Assembly: GCF_963921235.1 (NCBI RefSeq)
Contig: NC_086097.1
Location: 232,626,001 to 232,690,000, forward strand
Direction of reading: 5' to 3'
DNA: 64,000 nt
Source: Mobula hypostoma
Lineage: Eukaryota
Shown here: positions 34,831 through 48,722 of the stretch, piece after piece
Layout of the letters: every line of letters begins with the position of its first letter
Numbering within the stretch: position 1 is the first letter of the stretch
Position numbers and translations under genes: made by a program
The notes under the pieces: generated by a model
The model's input: the letters and a program-made list of their open reading frames with translations, nothing else
Database searches by the model: none
What the model was told of the DNA's origin: nothing

Positions 34831-35730
34831 TTTCCATGGAATTTCCCTACCTCCTCCTGCAATGTGTCAAGGCCCTCTTACTTTAGTGATGCAGGACCGA
34901 GGTATTTAATTAGTCCCTTTGTCATGGGCTCTACATTCATAAGAAGGTCTCCCTTCAGTCCACACCTTTCCTTTGATCAGATTTTTAATGAACACATGTT
35001 TCTAGAAGACATTTGAGACACCTCTTGCTAATTTATCCTTCTTCACTTGCTTAATCCCTCTTAGTTCCATTTCAGTAATATATTAGATGTCCTGTATCCA
35101 GCCTGATTCTCTGCAATAGTGGGGCTAATATACCTCATTTTCTGTTTCATTTCATTCCTGTCACCATTGGTGAACTGTCCAATTATCTGCCTCTTGTTAA
35201 AACGGCTAATCCAGAGTTCTGTGGTTGTTGGTGTCCTTCCGTCTGCTGGAGATGACAGATACAACACCCAAAATCATGTGTCCCTTGTGACTAACTGTCC
35301 AATTACAGCTCAAGTACCCTTTTAATGCCACAGTAACGCTAACCCAGACAGCCTTTCCAGCACTGACAATTTACTGCAATACTTTCATGTTTAAATTATC
35401 ATTAGAGATTTATGGAATAATATAAATTTTAAAGCATTTGTGTCTGCTGATCAAACTGGTAGTGATTCATTTTCATTACTTTATTTGCAAAGATGTCACA
35501 TGTTTATTAGAGGAGTTAATAGGACCATGCTCCATTCCATAGTGTGGCAATATTCTGGACAGCATAATTTATACGTTATCGTAAAATGAAAATTGGTTAG
35601 TCAGGGCTCAAAGTTGAACAGTTCATGCAAAAAGCAACTATAAAACATGCAGATAGCAAGCACAGAACATAAATGATAAACTTCTGACAGCCAAATGAGA
35701 GACAGCATTTTTGTCAATTCTTCACTATAC

Positions 35731-35928
35731 CTGATGGTTGGACTGCTGTCACTGCCTTTGTAAGAGCCAGAGTTACTGCTGCTGCTTCGCGATGAGGCTC
35801 CGTAGACGTCACGGATGCTGGCTGTGCTTTTATACACTGCTGACACCGGATCTTTCTCCCGAGTCAGCGTTGGGCTCACCGACTGCTTGTGCCCACTAGA
35901 AGCACTGCTTCTTCCATGTACACCTCGG
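35731..35928 (-). CDS. SYBU: Syntabulin internal exon (198 nt, phase 2-2)
   Basis: Encodes RGVHGRSSASSGHKQSVSP...SSSNSGSYKGSDSSPTI(R). Acceptor tttcaataccAG, donor GTatag; in frame with both neighbouring exons. Confidence 0.93.
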
Positions 35929-36065
35929 CTGGTATTGAAAGAAGTGAAGTAGTCATTATGGTGACCCCACCGCATATACTCTCAAAAAGTAATTTCTCCA
36001 TTGTCAAAAGTATGTCTGTTAATAAACCCTGTTTATTTTAATTTGTAAAGTAAAATAATAATGAA

Positions 36066-36980
36066 TGGTCACTATATTAGGTGCACCTTCACACCTACTC
36101 GTTAATATAAATTATCAAATCAGCCCATCAGCTCAATGCATAAAAGCATGCAGACATGGTCAAGAGGTTCAGTTGATGTTCAGACCAAACATCAGGATGG
36201 GGAAGAAATCGGATTTAATTGACTTTGACTATGGAATTATTTTTTAGTGCCTGATGGGGTGGTTTGGGCATCTCAGAAACTGCTAATCACAATAGACAAT
36301 AGGTGCAGGAGTAGGCCATTTGGCCCTTCGAGCTAGCACCACCATTCACTGTGATCATGGCTGATCATACACAATCAGTACCCCGTTCCTGCCTTCTCCC
36401 CCTATCCCTTGACTCCACTATCTTTAAGAGCTCTATCTAATTCTTTCTTCAAAGCATCCAGAGAATTGGCCTCCACTGCCTTCTGAGGCAGAGCATTCCA
36501 CAGACCCACAACTCTCTAGGTGAAAAAGTTTTTCCTCAAATCTGTTCTAAATGGCCTACCCTATTCTTAAACTGTGGCCTCTGGTTCTGGACTCCCCCAA
36601 CATCGGGAACATGTTTCCTACCTCCAGCGTGTCCAATCCCTTAATAATCTTATATGTTGCAATCAGATCCCCTCTCATCCTTCTAAATTCCAGTGTATAC
36701 AAGTCCAGTCGCTCCAATCTTTCAACATATGACAGCCCCGCCATCCCAGGAATTAACCTCGTGAACCTACGCTGCACTCCTGGGATTTTTGCACACATCA
36801 GTCTCTAGCACGGACAGAGAACGGAACAAAAAACCAAAGACATCCAGTAAGCAGCAGTTCTGTGGGTGAAAACTCTTCCTTAATATAAGAGGTCAGAGGA
36901 GAACAGCCAGACTAGTTCAAGCTGACAGGAAGGAGGCAATAACTCAAATGACCACGCAGTACCTAATAAATAGGTGTATG
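36066..36980 (+). mobile_element. Internally deleted Tc1-like element with a nested CR1 3' fragment (~36290-36778, -)
   Basis: Ends cactatattaggtgcac / gtacctaataaa; transposase N-terminus remnant MGKKSDLIDFDYG; CR1 peptide QRRFTRLIPGM...RGDLIATYK. Confidence 0.7.
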
Positions 36981-37644
36981 TGCATTTATTTGAAAACCTG
37001 CAAGATCTATTTTGTGCAAATACTATGGAGGAACTTCACAAGACAATTTTCGGAGGAATAATTTCTGCACAATGTGATGAGCAAATGCTTCAAAGGCTAA
37101 AATATTATAGTTATATCCTATTGAAAAAATTATGAAACTTATGAAAGCAATTGAAGAGTTCTTATGTTGACAAGGAGCTAGGTGTTGAATTAGAGTATGA
37201 ATTTGTATTTTTCCCATAGTTTAACTTTTCCTATGTTTGCTTGTATTTTTATATAACCTACGTGTATACTGTTCGTGAATTTTCCAGTAGTTGTAGTATC
37301 GCTGATTCTATTTTCCTGAAGGTTTCTTACTTTTCCTGTAGCAGGTGGCAGATAAGTTGATCTAGTTATTTCATAGGTTATTGACACTACTGGAATGTCT
37401 TGTTACCTTTCCAGTTTGAGCTAGTTTTTAGTGTAAAACAACCACATCTTCCTAGTTCTTTATTTCATTCTTTGTTCTTATTATACTTAAGAAATGTTGT
37501 AACTATTAAATTTTATGCCTCATGAAGAATTTTGGATTGCAAAATCACTGAAATTCAACAGTAATATCCAAGGACTCAGGTTAGAATTGTTTTAAATGGG
37601 AAAACTTCACATTTTAAAGACTGTAGGCAGGATTTAAGATCCGG

Positions 37645-38693
37645 TTTAAGATGGCACTAGTGAACCTCAGTGATTTCTGAATGGTGGCTAACGAAACAAA
37701 GAAAACAACTGAATACTTTGTTACCCAAACTTTTCCTGGCAAATGATCATCACAAGCAATAGTCTGTAACTTCCCTTTGGAATGGACTTGAAGGCAATTC
37801 GATGTGGCAGAACTGAGGCGAGGCGAGGCGAGGTGGTGGGCACGTTGCCGTGAGCAAGGAAGACCTGAGGTTCAATTGTTGTAAATGCCATGCCACGGAC
37901 TGAATCAAAGTGACTGTGCCCAGGCCCCAGAGCTCACCGACTCAACTGAACTCGATGTTTGGACCATGCTGAATCAGAGCGATCAGTTACAGGTTGAATC
38001 CCGGTAGTGGGGTCCAGGACCTTGAGTGTATCGAGGCGATTGAGCACGGAGTTTGTCCATCTATCTTGGCACTGGATCAGATTGGAAGGTCAGAGCGTTG
38101 GGGCCCAAGGAGAGGGATGGGACGGTTCAGATCACTGTGCCACGATTTGGTTATACGCTGAACTATGGGACTCTATTTGCAGACTTCAATTCAGAACACT
38201 ATTTGCTTGCATGATATGTCTATTTTTCTCTCTGCACATAGGATATTCAACGGTCTTGTTTTAAGACCATAAGACATAGGAGTAGAATTAGGCCATCTGG
38301 CCCATCAAATCTGCTCTGCCATTCAAACACAGCTGATCCTTTTATTTTCCTCCTCAACCCCATTTCCCGGCCTTCTCCCAGTAACCTTTGATGCCATGTC
38401 CAATCAAGAACCTATCAATCTCTGCCTTAAATACATCCAACGACCTGGCCTGCACCGCTGCACATGGCAACAAATTCCACACAAATGTTTTATGAATTCT
38501 TTTATTGTTTTATGGGTGTTTTTGTGGGCATGATGTGCTTTTTCTCTCTACACATTGGGTGTTCTACGATCTTTTTTTATATGGGTTCTTTTATGTTTAT
38601 TTGTTCCATGGCTGCCTGTTAGGAGACGAATCTCAGGATTGAATAACGTATACATACTTTGATAATAAATGTACTTTGAACTTTTGAACTTTG
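37645..38693 (+). mobile_element. Non-coding Rex-tailed retroelement with a CR1 tail nested at ~38262-38482
   Basis: Starts ttaagatggc and ends actttgataataaatgtactttgaacttttgaacttt, the same tail as Rex1 at ~2095-2124; no RT coding between. Confidence 0.55.
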
Positions 38694-38711
38694 TTTAGAG
38701 TAATCGGTGTT

Positions 38712-40375
38712 TAGACCATAAGACCATAAGACAAAGGAGCAGAAGTAGGCCATTCGGCCCATCAAGTCTGCTCCGCCATTTTATCATGAGCTGATCCATT
38801 CTCCCATTTAGTCCCACTCCCCCGCCTTCTCACCATAACCTTTGATGCCCTGGCTACTCAGATACCTATCAATCTCTGCCTTAAATACACCCAATGACTT
38901 GGCCTCCACTGCTGCCCGTGGCAACAAATTCCATAGATTCACCACACTCTGACTAAAAAAATTTCTTCGCATTTCTGTTCTGAAAGGGCGCCCTTCAATC
39001 CTTAAGTCATGCCCTCTCGTACTAGACTCCCTCATCATGGGAAACAACTTTGCCACATCCACTCTGTCCATGCCTTTTAACATTCGAAATGTCTCTATGA
39101 GGTCTCCCCTCATTCTTCTAAACTCCAAGGAATACAGTCCAAGAGCGGACAATCGTTCCTCATATGTTAACCCTCTCATTCCCGGAATCATTCTAGTGAA
39201 TCTTCTCTGTACCCTCTCCAACGTCAGCACATACTTTCTTAAATAAGACCAAAACTGCCCACAGTACTCCAAGTGAGGTCTCACCAGCGCCTTATAGAGC
39301 CTCAACATCACATCCCTGCTCCTATACTCTATTCCTCTAGAAATGAATGCCAACATTGCATTCGCTTTCTTCACTACTGAGTCAACCTGGAGGTTAAGTT
39401 TAAGGGTATCCTGTACGAGGACTCCCAAGTCCCGTTGCATCTCAGAACTTTGAAGTCTTTCCCCATTTAAATAATAGTCTGCCCATTTATTTTTTCTGCC
39501 AAAGTGCATAACCATACACTTTCCAACATTATACTTCATTTGCCACTTCTCTGCCCATTCTTCCAATCTATCCAAGTCTCTCTGCAGACTCTCCGTTTCC
39601 TCAGCACTACCGGCCCCTCCACCTATCTTCGTATCGTCAGCAAACTTAGCCACAAAGCCATCTATTCCATAATCTAAATCGTTGATGTACAATGTAAAAA
39701 GAAGCGGCCCCAACACTGATCCCTGCGGAACACCACTGGTAACCAGCAGCCAACCAGAATAGGATCCCTTTATTCCCACTCTCTGTTTCCTGCCAATCAG
39801 CCAACGCTCTATCCATGTATGTAACTTTCCCGTAATTCCATGGGCTCTTATCTTGTTAAGTAGCCTCATGTGTGGCACCTTGTCAAAGGCCTTCTGAAAA
39901 TCCAAATATACAACATCCACTGCATCTCCCTTGTCTAGCCTACTGGTAATTTCCTCAAAAAATTGTAATAGGTTTGTCAGGCAGGATTTTCCTTTAAGGA
40001 ATCCATGCTGAGTTCTGCCTATCTTGTCATATGCCTCCAGGTACTCTGTAACCTCATCCTTGACAATCGACTCCAATAACTTCCCAACCACGGATGTCAA
40101 GCTAACAAGTCTATAATTTCCTTTTTGCTTCCTTGCCCCCTTCTTAAATAGCGGAGTGACATCTGCAATCTTCCAGTCCTCCGGAACCATGCCAGAATCT
40201 ATCGACTTTTGAAAGATCGTCGCTAATGCCTCCGCAATCTCCACAGCTACTTCCATCAGAACAGAAGGGTGCATTCCATCTGGTCCGGGAGATTTATCTA
40301 CCTTTAGACTATTCAGCTTCCTGAGTACTTTCTCTGTCGTAATTGTGACTGCGCACACTTCTCTTCCCTGCCACC
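38712..40375 (-). mobile_element. CR1 family B, 5'-truncated, RT frame open (516 aa)
   Basis: ORF 38808-40358 has KSPGPDG, YLDFQKAFD, GVPQGS, FADD; (tggtctta)n tail. Confidence 0.93.
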
Positions 40376-42189
40376 ATCCTCTGGTAAAAAGGAACTCTTC
40401 CAGATTGTTTCAAGGCAAATCCACTGTCATAGAATATCAGATAGCCTCAGGTACCACTTGTCAAATGAAAGTGAATGCTGTGAAGTTAATATAGAGGAGA
40501 TGCATCAAAATCTCTGAAGAGAAATAGATGCAGCAGTATTTCAGGTGCAAACTTCTTCTTACATTTTGAACAGACCCAATACCCTAATCATTAATCTCTT
40601 CCCTTATGATTCTGCAGAACTGTTTATCTATCCGTAAGCTTACACCATTGAATAGATAATGATCATGCACAGTTTTAGTGGCATAATGAATGGGAAAGGG
40701 ACCATATGGGCTGTATTTCCATTTATGGTGTTAACACAGCCAAAGTTCATTATGCTTCACCTGATTAAATTATTGATGTAGCATCTACTTCGAGGCAGCC
40801 TCAGACACATAAAGCACGTTCAACTTAAAAGGCTGTGCACATTGATGATCTCTCAAGACAATTCCACTGGCAAGTTCACAAATTGAGGGACGGTTCAGAT
40901 CCAAGTGCTTGCTTTTAAGAGGCTTAAAAAAATAAATTTTTCAGAATATTTCACTGTAATTACATCATTTTAACAAAATCTTGGTTAATTTGTTTTTCGC
41001 CAGTCAGAATACTTGTTCCTGATTTCGTCATTATACATTCTCTAGTTTTTATGTTTTATTTGCTGCATAACTGATTCAGAAAATAAACTGATCCTCTATT
41101 ATGAGTTGTTGGAAACCGCTGTATTTTTTAATAGTATTTGTACTTGTAAGAACTGTACTTTTTAACAGACTCAAATATTTTTCTCACTCATTGGCAGAAA
41201 GCGGTATACCAGCTAAACTAACAGTCTGTCACCTTTCTTATTTTTCACTGGCTAAGTGTTAGTGCATTACCCCTGTGATGTAATCATTTTAACTATGTAG
41301 CCTATTAACTAATTTGTTTCTATCTAAGGGATTTTCTTTATCTTATCTATAAAAGTGATAGATTTTTCAGAAGTCCCAACTTTATTCTTTTTGCCTTACA
41401 TCCCTTAGCATTGTTTCTCAATTTTATTTAGTCTGCTAAGTATTCATATATTTATACCTTCTCTAAAATAAACTGAAATCTTGGAATTTAGACTGCTCGC
41501 TATATTTGACTCCCAGAAGTAACCTAAGGATCAGAAAGTAAACAGAGATCCAACAAAGTAAATCACTTGAATCTTGAATTCACAGAAAATGCTCATAGAA
41601 GTACAAGTGAGTGTATGAATATTTCAATGGGTAAGTAAATCAATAAATTAATATCTTTATTACTCTCCATTGGTATTATCAATCTTTTGCCCTTATACCA
41701 CTCATTGGAAATTTCCTCTGATTCATACCTTGCAATGTTAATTCTATGTGGCAGCAGGAATTGAATATTACTCCAGGGTATGGGTAATCCAAAAATTAAA
41801 GGTGAATTCCTTGGGGAAAAATGTTACCCAAGTGATGGGGTAGAAAGGAAGTTTCACTACAGAGCACTTAGGCTCTTGGAAATTATTTATTGAAAGCAAT
41901 AAGTAAGCATGGAATGAGTCAGAACAGACAGGGCGTTTGGCACCACTTGCTCCCCAAGCAATATGCCCATGAAATGCACTACTTATACAGGAAGCAGCAG
42001 TGGGTGGATACTCCGCTGCAAAGAAAACAGGCACTTAGAATCAAATTGCACAGAAGCCCACTGTGTCTAAATGACTATCAATTACACTAAATCCAATTTT
42101 ACTCTCCCCAAATTCCATTTAACACCACCCAGCTTCTGACACTCAACCAGGTATGTACCATACATAATTTACCGTGGCCAATTAACCTG

Positions 42190-43822
42190 CTTCAAAGTCA
42201 AAGTCTTAGTAAATTTATTATCAAAGTATGTATAGGTCACCATATACTACCTTGAGGTTCATTTTCTTGCAGGCATTTCCAGGAAAATAAAGAAATATAA
42301 TAGAATTTACTCAAAACTATACATAAAGACTGACACAATCAGCAAGTTTTGTGTAAATAGGAAATAAGTAATACAGAGAACAGGAGTTGTAGACCCTTTG
42401 AAAGTGAGCCTATAGGTCGTGAAATGAGTTCACAGTCGAGGTGAGTGAAGCGGTTCAGGGGCTTGATGGCTGTAGTGTAACAACTGTACCTGAACCTGGT
42501 CATGTGGGATCTAAAGCTCCTGCACCTCTGGCCCAATGGGAGTAGAGAGAAAAGACCATGGCCTCTTTGGTGGGGATCCTTCATGATGGATGCTGCTTTC
42601 TTATGTCAGAGCTCCTTGTAAATGTGCTCAGTGTCTAGAGAGGGCTTTTCCTGTGTTGGACTGGGTCCCTATCCCTATCCACTGCTCTACTCTCTCTAAA
42701 CTCATGGTTTTGTGGCTGGCCACAGCTCAAATGCCATCTACAAATTTGCCGACGACACCACTACTGTTGGCAGAATAGTGATATGCCAACATATTGATGC
42801 AATTACAAAGAAGGAAAGCCAGTGGCTATATTTCATTAGGAGTTTGAAGAGATTCAGTATGTCACCAAAGACTCTCGCAAATTTCTATAGATGCGAGAGC
42901 ATTCCAACTGATTCCATCACCATCTGCTATGGAGGGGCTACTGCACAAGATTGGAAAAAGCTGCAGTGGGTTGTAAACTCAACCCGTTCCATCACGGGCA
43001 TTAGCCTCTCCATCATTGAGGACATCTTCAAAAGGTGATGTCTTATCATCAAGGACTCTCACCAACCAGGACATGGCCTCTTCTCCTTACTACCATCAAG
43101 GAGAAGTTATAGGAGCCTGAACACACACCTTCAACATTTTAGGAATAGCTTCTTCCCCTCTGCCATCTGAATGGACAATAAACCCATGAACACTATTTTT
43201 GCACTACTTATTTATTTAAGATATATCTTATTATAATTTATAGCATATCTTATGTATTGAACTATACTGCTGCTGCAAAACAACTGTTAAGGATCCGGCC
43301 TGAACACTGGGTTGAAGGGCCTCTGCTGGTAGCTGTGGATCACGACAGTCTTTAATTTCTGTTTTCTTTCACCTGGCCATGTGGGTTCTGGCCTAGCCCC
43401 TTTCCTTTTTGGACTTCCTCCAATTACCTGCTTGTCTCCTCATTTGCATCTACCTGTTTCTAATTTCCACTCATTACCCTGTCCATTTAAACCCTGCCTT
43501 GACTAGCATTCTCTGCCTGTTTGTCCCAGTTCTGACCTGTGTCATTCTAGCCTGTCATTGTGGCTTCTGCCAACTGATTTTGCCTGTGTGCTCTGGATTG
43601 TCTGCCCTCGCCTGTCTGCCTTTCCTGGTAAGACCTCTGCCTGCCATTTTGGATTCTTGCCTGCCTTTTGTTTTTGAAAGACTGTTGCCTCTGGGCTCCC
43701 TAATAAATCCTGGTGAAAAGGTATTCATTGGCCTGCACTTGAGTCCCGCTGAAACCTGACAGAACCTGACAACAACAAACTTCATGATGTATGTCAGTGA
43801 TATTAAACCTGATTCTGATTCA
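42190..43822. mobile_element. Rex1 fragments (- at ~42190-42690, + at ~42700-43822)
   Basis: YKFADDTT and WLYFIRSLKRFSMSPKTLANFYRC; tails aaagtcaaag and aaacctgattctgattc. Confidence 0.75.
43285..43771 (+). mobile_element. Solo LTR (487 bp)
   Basis: TGTT...GACA termini, 5-bp TSD acaac (43280-43284, 43772-43776), TATA-like catttaaacc and AATAAA near 43702; interrupts a Rex1 3' UTR. Confidence 0.8.
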
Positions 43823-44434
43823 AGTTCCTGGGCATTGACATCTCAGAGCATTTCTCCTGGGCCTACCATGTTGATACAATCATGAAGAAGGCACAGCATG
43901 CCAGCGGCTCTACTTCATGAGTCCGAGGAGAACTGTCATCAAAGATTCTGGCAAATAGCTACAGATTTACCATGAAGAGCTTCCTGACTGATTGTAGAAC
44001 AAACCTGATTCTGATTACCAGTCTCTGGAACGTAAATGGAAACCCTTGGAGTTAAAGGGAGAACGTGCAAACTCCACACAGTCGGCTCCACAAGTCGCTG
44101 AAGCTGTGCGGCAGTAGCGCTACTGGTTGCATTACTGTGCTACTTATCAACTGACTCTAAGTTAAACTTTGCAGTATCTTTAGGTGGGGTCTAAAAGGAG
44201 AAGACTACAAATCAACTCACCTCTAATATAGGCTTACTTTGGCTATCAACATTTGGGAATTAGTCATCTAAAGCCCTCATTATATCCACTGGGTGGCCAA
44301 GTCTTCACAAGTTTATAATTAAAATGAATGCTTGACATATGATTGAATTTCTTTCTGATGGTTGGATGCATATCTTCTTTCTATGCCAATAGATCTGTGA
44401 TGCTTGGACACTGAAAAGGAAAAGCATAGCCTAC

Positions 44435-44537
44435 CTGCGAGAAGCCGAGTTCCGCTTGCTCCCTGAACTGGACATAAGACCTTCAGGTGCTGAAATGCTG
44501 CCTGTGCTGCTGGATGAACTAAAGTCAGCTTCACTCC
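44435..44537 (-). CDS. SYBU: Syntabulin internal exon (103 nt, phase 1-2)
   Basis: Encodes (G)SEADFSSSSSTGSISAPEGLMSSSGSKRNSASR(S), a SYBU-type motif. Pyrimidine-rich acceptor ctttttcctgttcctttatgcAG, donor GTaggc. Confidence 0.93.
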
Positions 44538-45597
44538 CTGCATAAAGGAACAGGAAAAAGGTATTAATTGGCACATTTACACAAGTATAATCTCCCACTG
44601 TCACAAATAACTCCCCCATATTTAGGGACATTGTAGGTATCAATGTACCTGTGACACAACAGGTTACCTCTGTACCTCAGAGACTCTGTGCAGGCAAAAT
44701 CAAAAGTACTGCTTCAGTGCAATTTGTTTTGCAATCTGCAGTAAAGACAAAAGTAAAATTGCATGCACCAAATCAGTCTAAAACTGAAACCGTTTTATCG
44801 TTTCGGCAATTAAACTAAAACTAATGATTAAATTATACACATACACCCTCTGCACAGCGCTGCTCATTTGTAGTCAGTGATAAACAAAACCGACCATGAC
44901 TTCTCAGATCGTTCAGCAAAAGCTGCTTTGACTTAATCTGACAAATTGTGTTTTGTCATCAAGATATCTGCGAGACACAATCAATCCTGTTTAGTGGAGA
45001 CCCGCTCTAATTACATAAATGGATCAGATTCAAGAATACCCTTTACTGTGAGTAATTGCTTGCACTGGCCCAGCACATGCTCTGCTACGGCACTAACATT
45101 GCTGTCAGCCATTCTGCGGGACGGCTTGCTATATAGATTAGACTTGATGAGATTATCTTCCTACAGCATTGTTAAGCAGCTTCCTACTGTGGCCAGCAAC
45201 AGAGATCAAGAAAACCGCACCTAATCTAAGTCAAGGAAACTGCTTGGTCCAAGTCCAAACCCCACCCCTGAGAAATTTAAAATTTAATTAGTTAATTCAA
45301 ATTGCAACACGGAAGCTGCTGCAAATGCACAATCCGTGAGAACCAACCTACATATTGTTTGCAGAACATGTCTCTGCATGCAAACTATTCACCAGGGATT
45401 GGGCTTCATGCTGGAATGGTGCCAATTATGATTTTACCAAGAGGTAAGACATTAGGAAGGTTGGCAGTGTTGAAGACGAGAGGGAAAAATATTATGTATT
45501 ACTCTCTCATTACTGCCTATCCCTTGTGATACAGACTTTCTAAACTAAAGCCAGGGGCTTAGTGAGACATTAGCAAACCAAAACACATACACACATG

Positions 45598-46250
45598 AAA
45601 ACTTGCATTCCTCTAAGTTTCCATGACATCAGAACTTCTGAAAAGCTGTTTAGAGCCAGAGGACTCCTTCTAAAGTGTAGTCACTGAAATAGGGTAGGCA
45701 ACTTGCATACAGCAAGGGCTTCAAAGTGACCATGCACTAAACAGCAGTGTGGCAATTACCAGATAACCAGTTTTAGCGATGTTTAACCTGGGATAAAGAC
45801 TAGGCTGAATACTAGGGAGAGTCTAGGATCAGAGGTCACGGTTTCGCAGCACAAAGATGTCCCTTTAGATCAGAGATGAGGAGGAATTTTTTTAGCCAGG
45901 TGTTGAATCTGTGGAGCGCACTGTAACAGATGGCTGTGGAGGTCAAATTGTTGGGTATATTTACATTGGAGATTGACAGGTTCTTGATTAGTAAGAGCAA
46001 CAAAAGTTACTGGGAGAATGGGGGTGAGAGGGATAATAAATCAGCTATGGCGGATGGTGAAGTAGACTTGATGGGCTAAATAGCCTAATTCTGCTCTTAG
46101 GTCGAATGGTCTTAAGAAATCGGCCCAAGGCTTTTAGTTTAATGTCTCATCTGAAAGGTAGCTTCGAAGCAGTATCAAACTCCTTCAGTAATGCACGGTT
46201 ATGCCTGCCTAATTTTTGTGCTCGAGTCTCTAGTGACAGTTGAACCAGTT
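45598..46250 (-). mobile_element. Deu-domain SINE interrupted by a CR1 3' fragment (~45820-46113, +)
   Basis: aagtgtagtcactg...aacttgcatacagcaagg...accagataaccagttttagcgatg and gtttaatgtctcatctgaaag...ttttgtgctcgagtctct match the recalled Deu-SINE consensus. Confidence 0.65.
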
Positions 46251-46549
46251 CCCACAAAGGATAAGCACCACCTTCAACATTCCAGCTCCAGTGAATGAGG
46301 TGATCTAGAAATAGCCCTGTCTTTAATCAGCTATTCCAGAATGGCATTAGCTGACCAGCAGAGGAACGTACTCAAATGAGCTAAAAAATGGCCAGGCACC
46401 TTTGTTTATTATGTGCTGTGTTGTGTGAAGTAGGTGATTAGGGTCTTTTGGCCATGATTGTTCTTAGCAAATATTTCTAAGTAGGTGGTTTGCCATTGCC
46501 TTTTTCTGGGTAGTCTCTTGACAAGACTGCTGACACCAGCCATTATCCA

Positions 46550-48722
46550 TGAAACCATCAGACCATAAGACACAGGAGCAGAATGAGGCTATTCAGCCCA
46601 TTGAGCCTGCTCTGCTATTCCAACATGGCTGATCCCAGATGTCCCTCAACTCCATACACCTGCCTTCTCACCATATCCTTTGATACTCTGATCAGGAAAT
46701 CAACAACTTCTGCCTTAAATATACTCACTGATTTGGCCTCCACTGCAGTCTGTGGCAGAGCATTTCACAGATTTACTACTACCCTCTGGCTAAAAAAGTT
46801 CCTCCTTACCTCTGTTCTAAAGGGTCACCCCTCAATTTTGAGGCTGTGCCCTCTAGTTCTGGATACCCCCACCATAGGAAACATATTTTCCACATCCACC
46901 CTATCTAGTCCTTCAGTAGGTTTCAGTGAGATCCCCTCACATTCTTCTAAATCCCAGTGAGTACGGGCCCAAAGCTGCCAAATGCTCCTCATATGTTAAC
47001 CCTTTCATTCCCAGAATCATCCTCGTGAACCTCCTTTGGACTCTTCCAACACATCGTTTCTGAGGTATGGCAGAGTATTGTGCAGCCTGACCACTGTCCT
47101 ATAAAGCCTCAGCATTATCTTCTTGCTTTTATATTCTCTTCCCCTTGAAATAAGTGCCAACATTGCACTTGCCTTCTTTACCACAGACTCAACCTGTAAA
47201 CTAACCTTCTGGGAGTCTTGCACAAGAACTCTAAGTCCCTCTGCACTGCTGATATTTGAACCTTCTCCCATTTAGATAACAGTCTGCATTAATGTTCCTT
47301 TTACCAAAATGCATTATCATAACTTTCCCAACACTGTATTCCATCCACCATTTTTTTTGCCCATTCTTCCAATTTGTCTTAAGTCCTGCTGCAATCATAT
47401 TGCTTCCTCAGCACTACCTACCCCTCCACCTATCTTCGTATCATCCGCAAACTTTGCCACAAAACCATCAATTCCATTATCTAAATCACTGACAAACAAT
47501 GTGAAAAGGAGCGGTCCCAATACTGATCTCTAAGGAACACCACTAGTCACCAGCAGCCAACTAGAAAAGGCCCTTTTTATTCCCACTCTCTGCTTCCTGC
47601 CTGTCAGTCATTCTGCTATCCATGCCAGTTCTTTCCTGTAACACCATAGGATTTTATCTTGTTAAGCAGCCTCATGTGAGGCACCTTATCAAATGCCTTC
47701 TGAAAATCCAAGTAAATGACATCCACTGCCTCTCCTTTGTCCACCCTGCTTGTTACTTCATCGAAGAACTCAGATTTGTCAGGCAAGATTTCTCTTTACA
47801 GAAACCATGCTGACTTTGACTTATTTTATCATTAACTACCTCGAAACCTCATCCTTCATAATAGACTCCAACACTTTCCCAACCACTGAGGTTAGGCTAA
47901 CTGGCCTATAATTTCCTTTCTTTTGCTTTTCTCCCTTCTTAAAGAATGGAGTGACATTTGCAATTTTCCTGTCCTCCGAGACCTTCTTAAAGAGTAGTGA
48001 CATTTGCCATCTTCCAGTTCTCTGGGACCATGCCAGAGTCAAGTGATTCTTGAAAGATCATGACCAATACATCCGTTATCTCTTCAGCAACCTCTCTCAG
48101 GACTCTGGGATGTAGTCCATCCAGTCCAGGTGACTTATCCACCTTAAGACCTTTCAGTTTGCCTAGCACTTCTTCCTTTGTAATAGCAATGGCACTTATT
48201 CTTGCTCTCTGACACTCACGGACCTCTGGCATACTGCTAGTGTCTTCCACAGTGAACTCAGATGCAAAGTACCCATTAAGTTCATCTGCCATCTCTTTGT
48301 CCCCCATTACTACCTCACCTACCTCATTTTCCAGTGGTCCAATATCAACTCTCACTTCCCTTTTACACTTTATATAAATGAAAAAAAACTTCTGGTATCC
48401 TGCTTTATATTATTGGCTAGTCTGCCCTCATATTTCATCTTTTTCCTTCTTAGAGCGTATTTAGTTGCCTTTTGTTGGATTTTAAAAGCTTCCCAATCAT
48501 CCAACTTCCTGCTCACTTTTGCTATCTTATACGCCCTTTCCTTGGCTTGTTTGCAGTCCTTAACTAACTTTGTCAGCCACTGTTGCCAACCCTGCCATTT
48601 GAGTACTTCTTCCTTTGTGGGACATATCTATCCTGCACCTTGTGAACTATTTCCAGAAATTTCAGCAATTTCTGCTCTGTCGTCATCCCCACTAGCATCC
48701 TCCTCCAATCCACCTGGGCAAG
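46550..48722 (-). mobile_element. Degenerate CR1 ORF2 and 3' tail, with a small internal tandem duplication (~47935-48030)
   Basis: Frameshifted pieces KSPGLDGLHPRVL, NYRPVSLTSVVGK, VKKASAMLALISRG. Confidence 0.88.
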
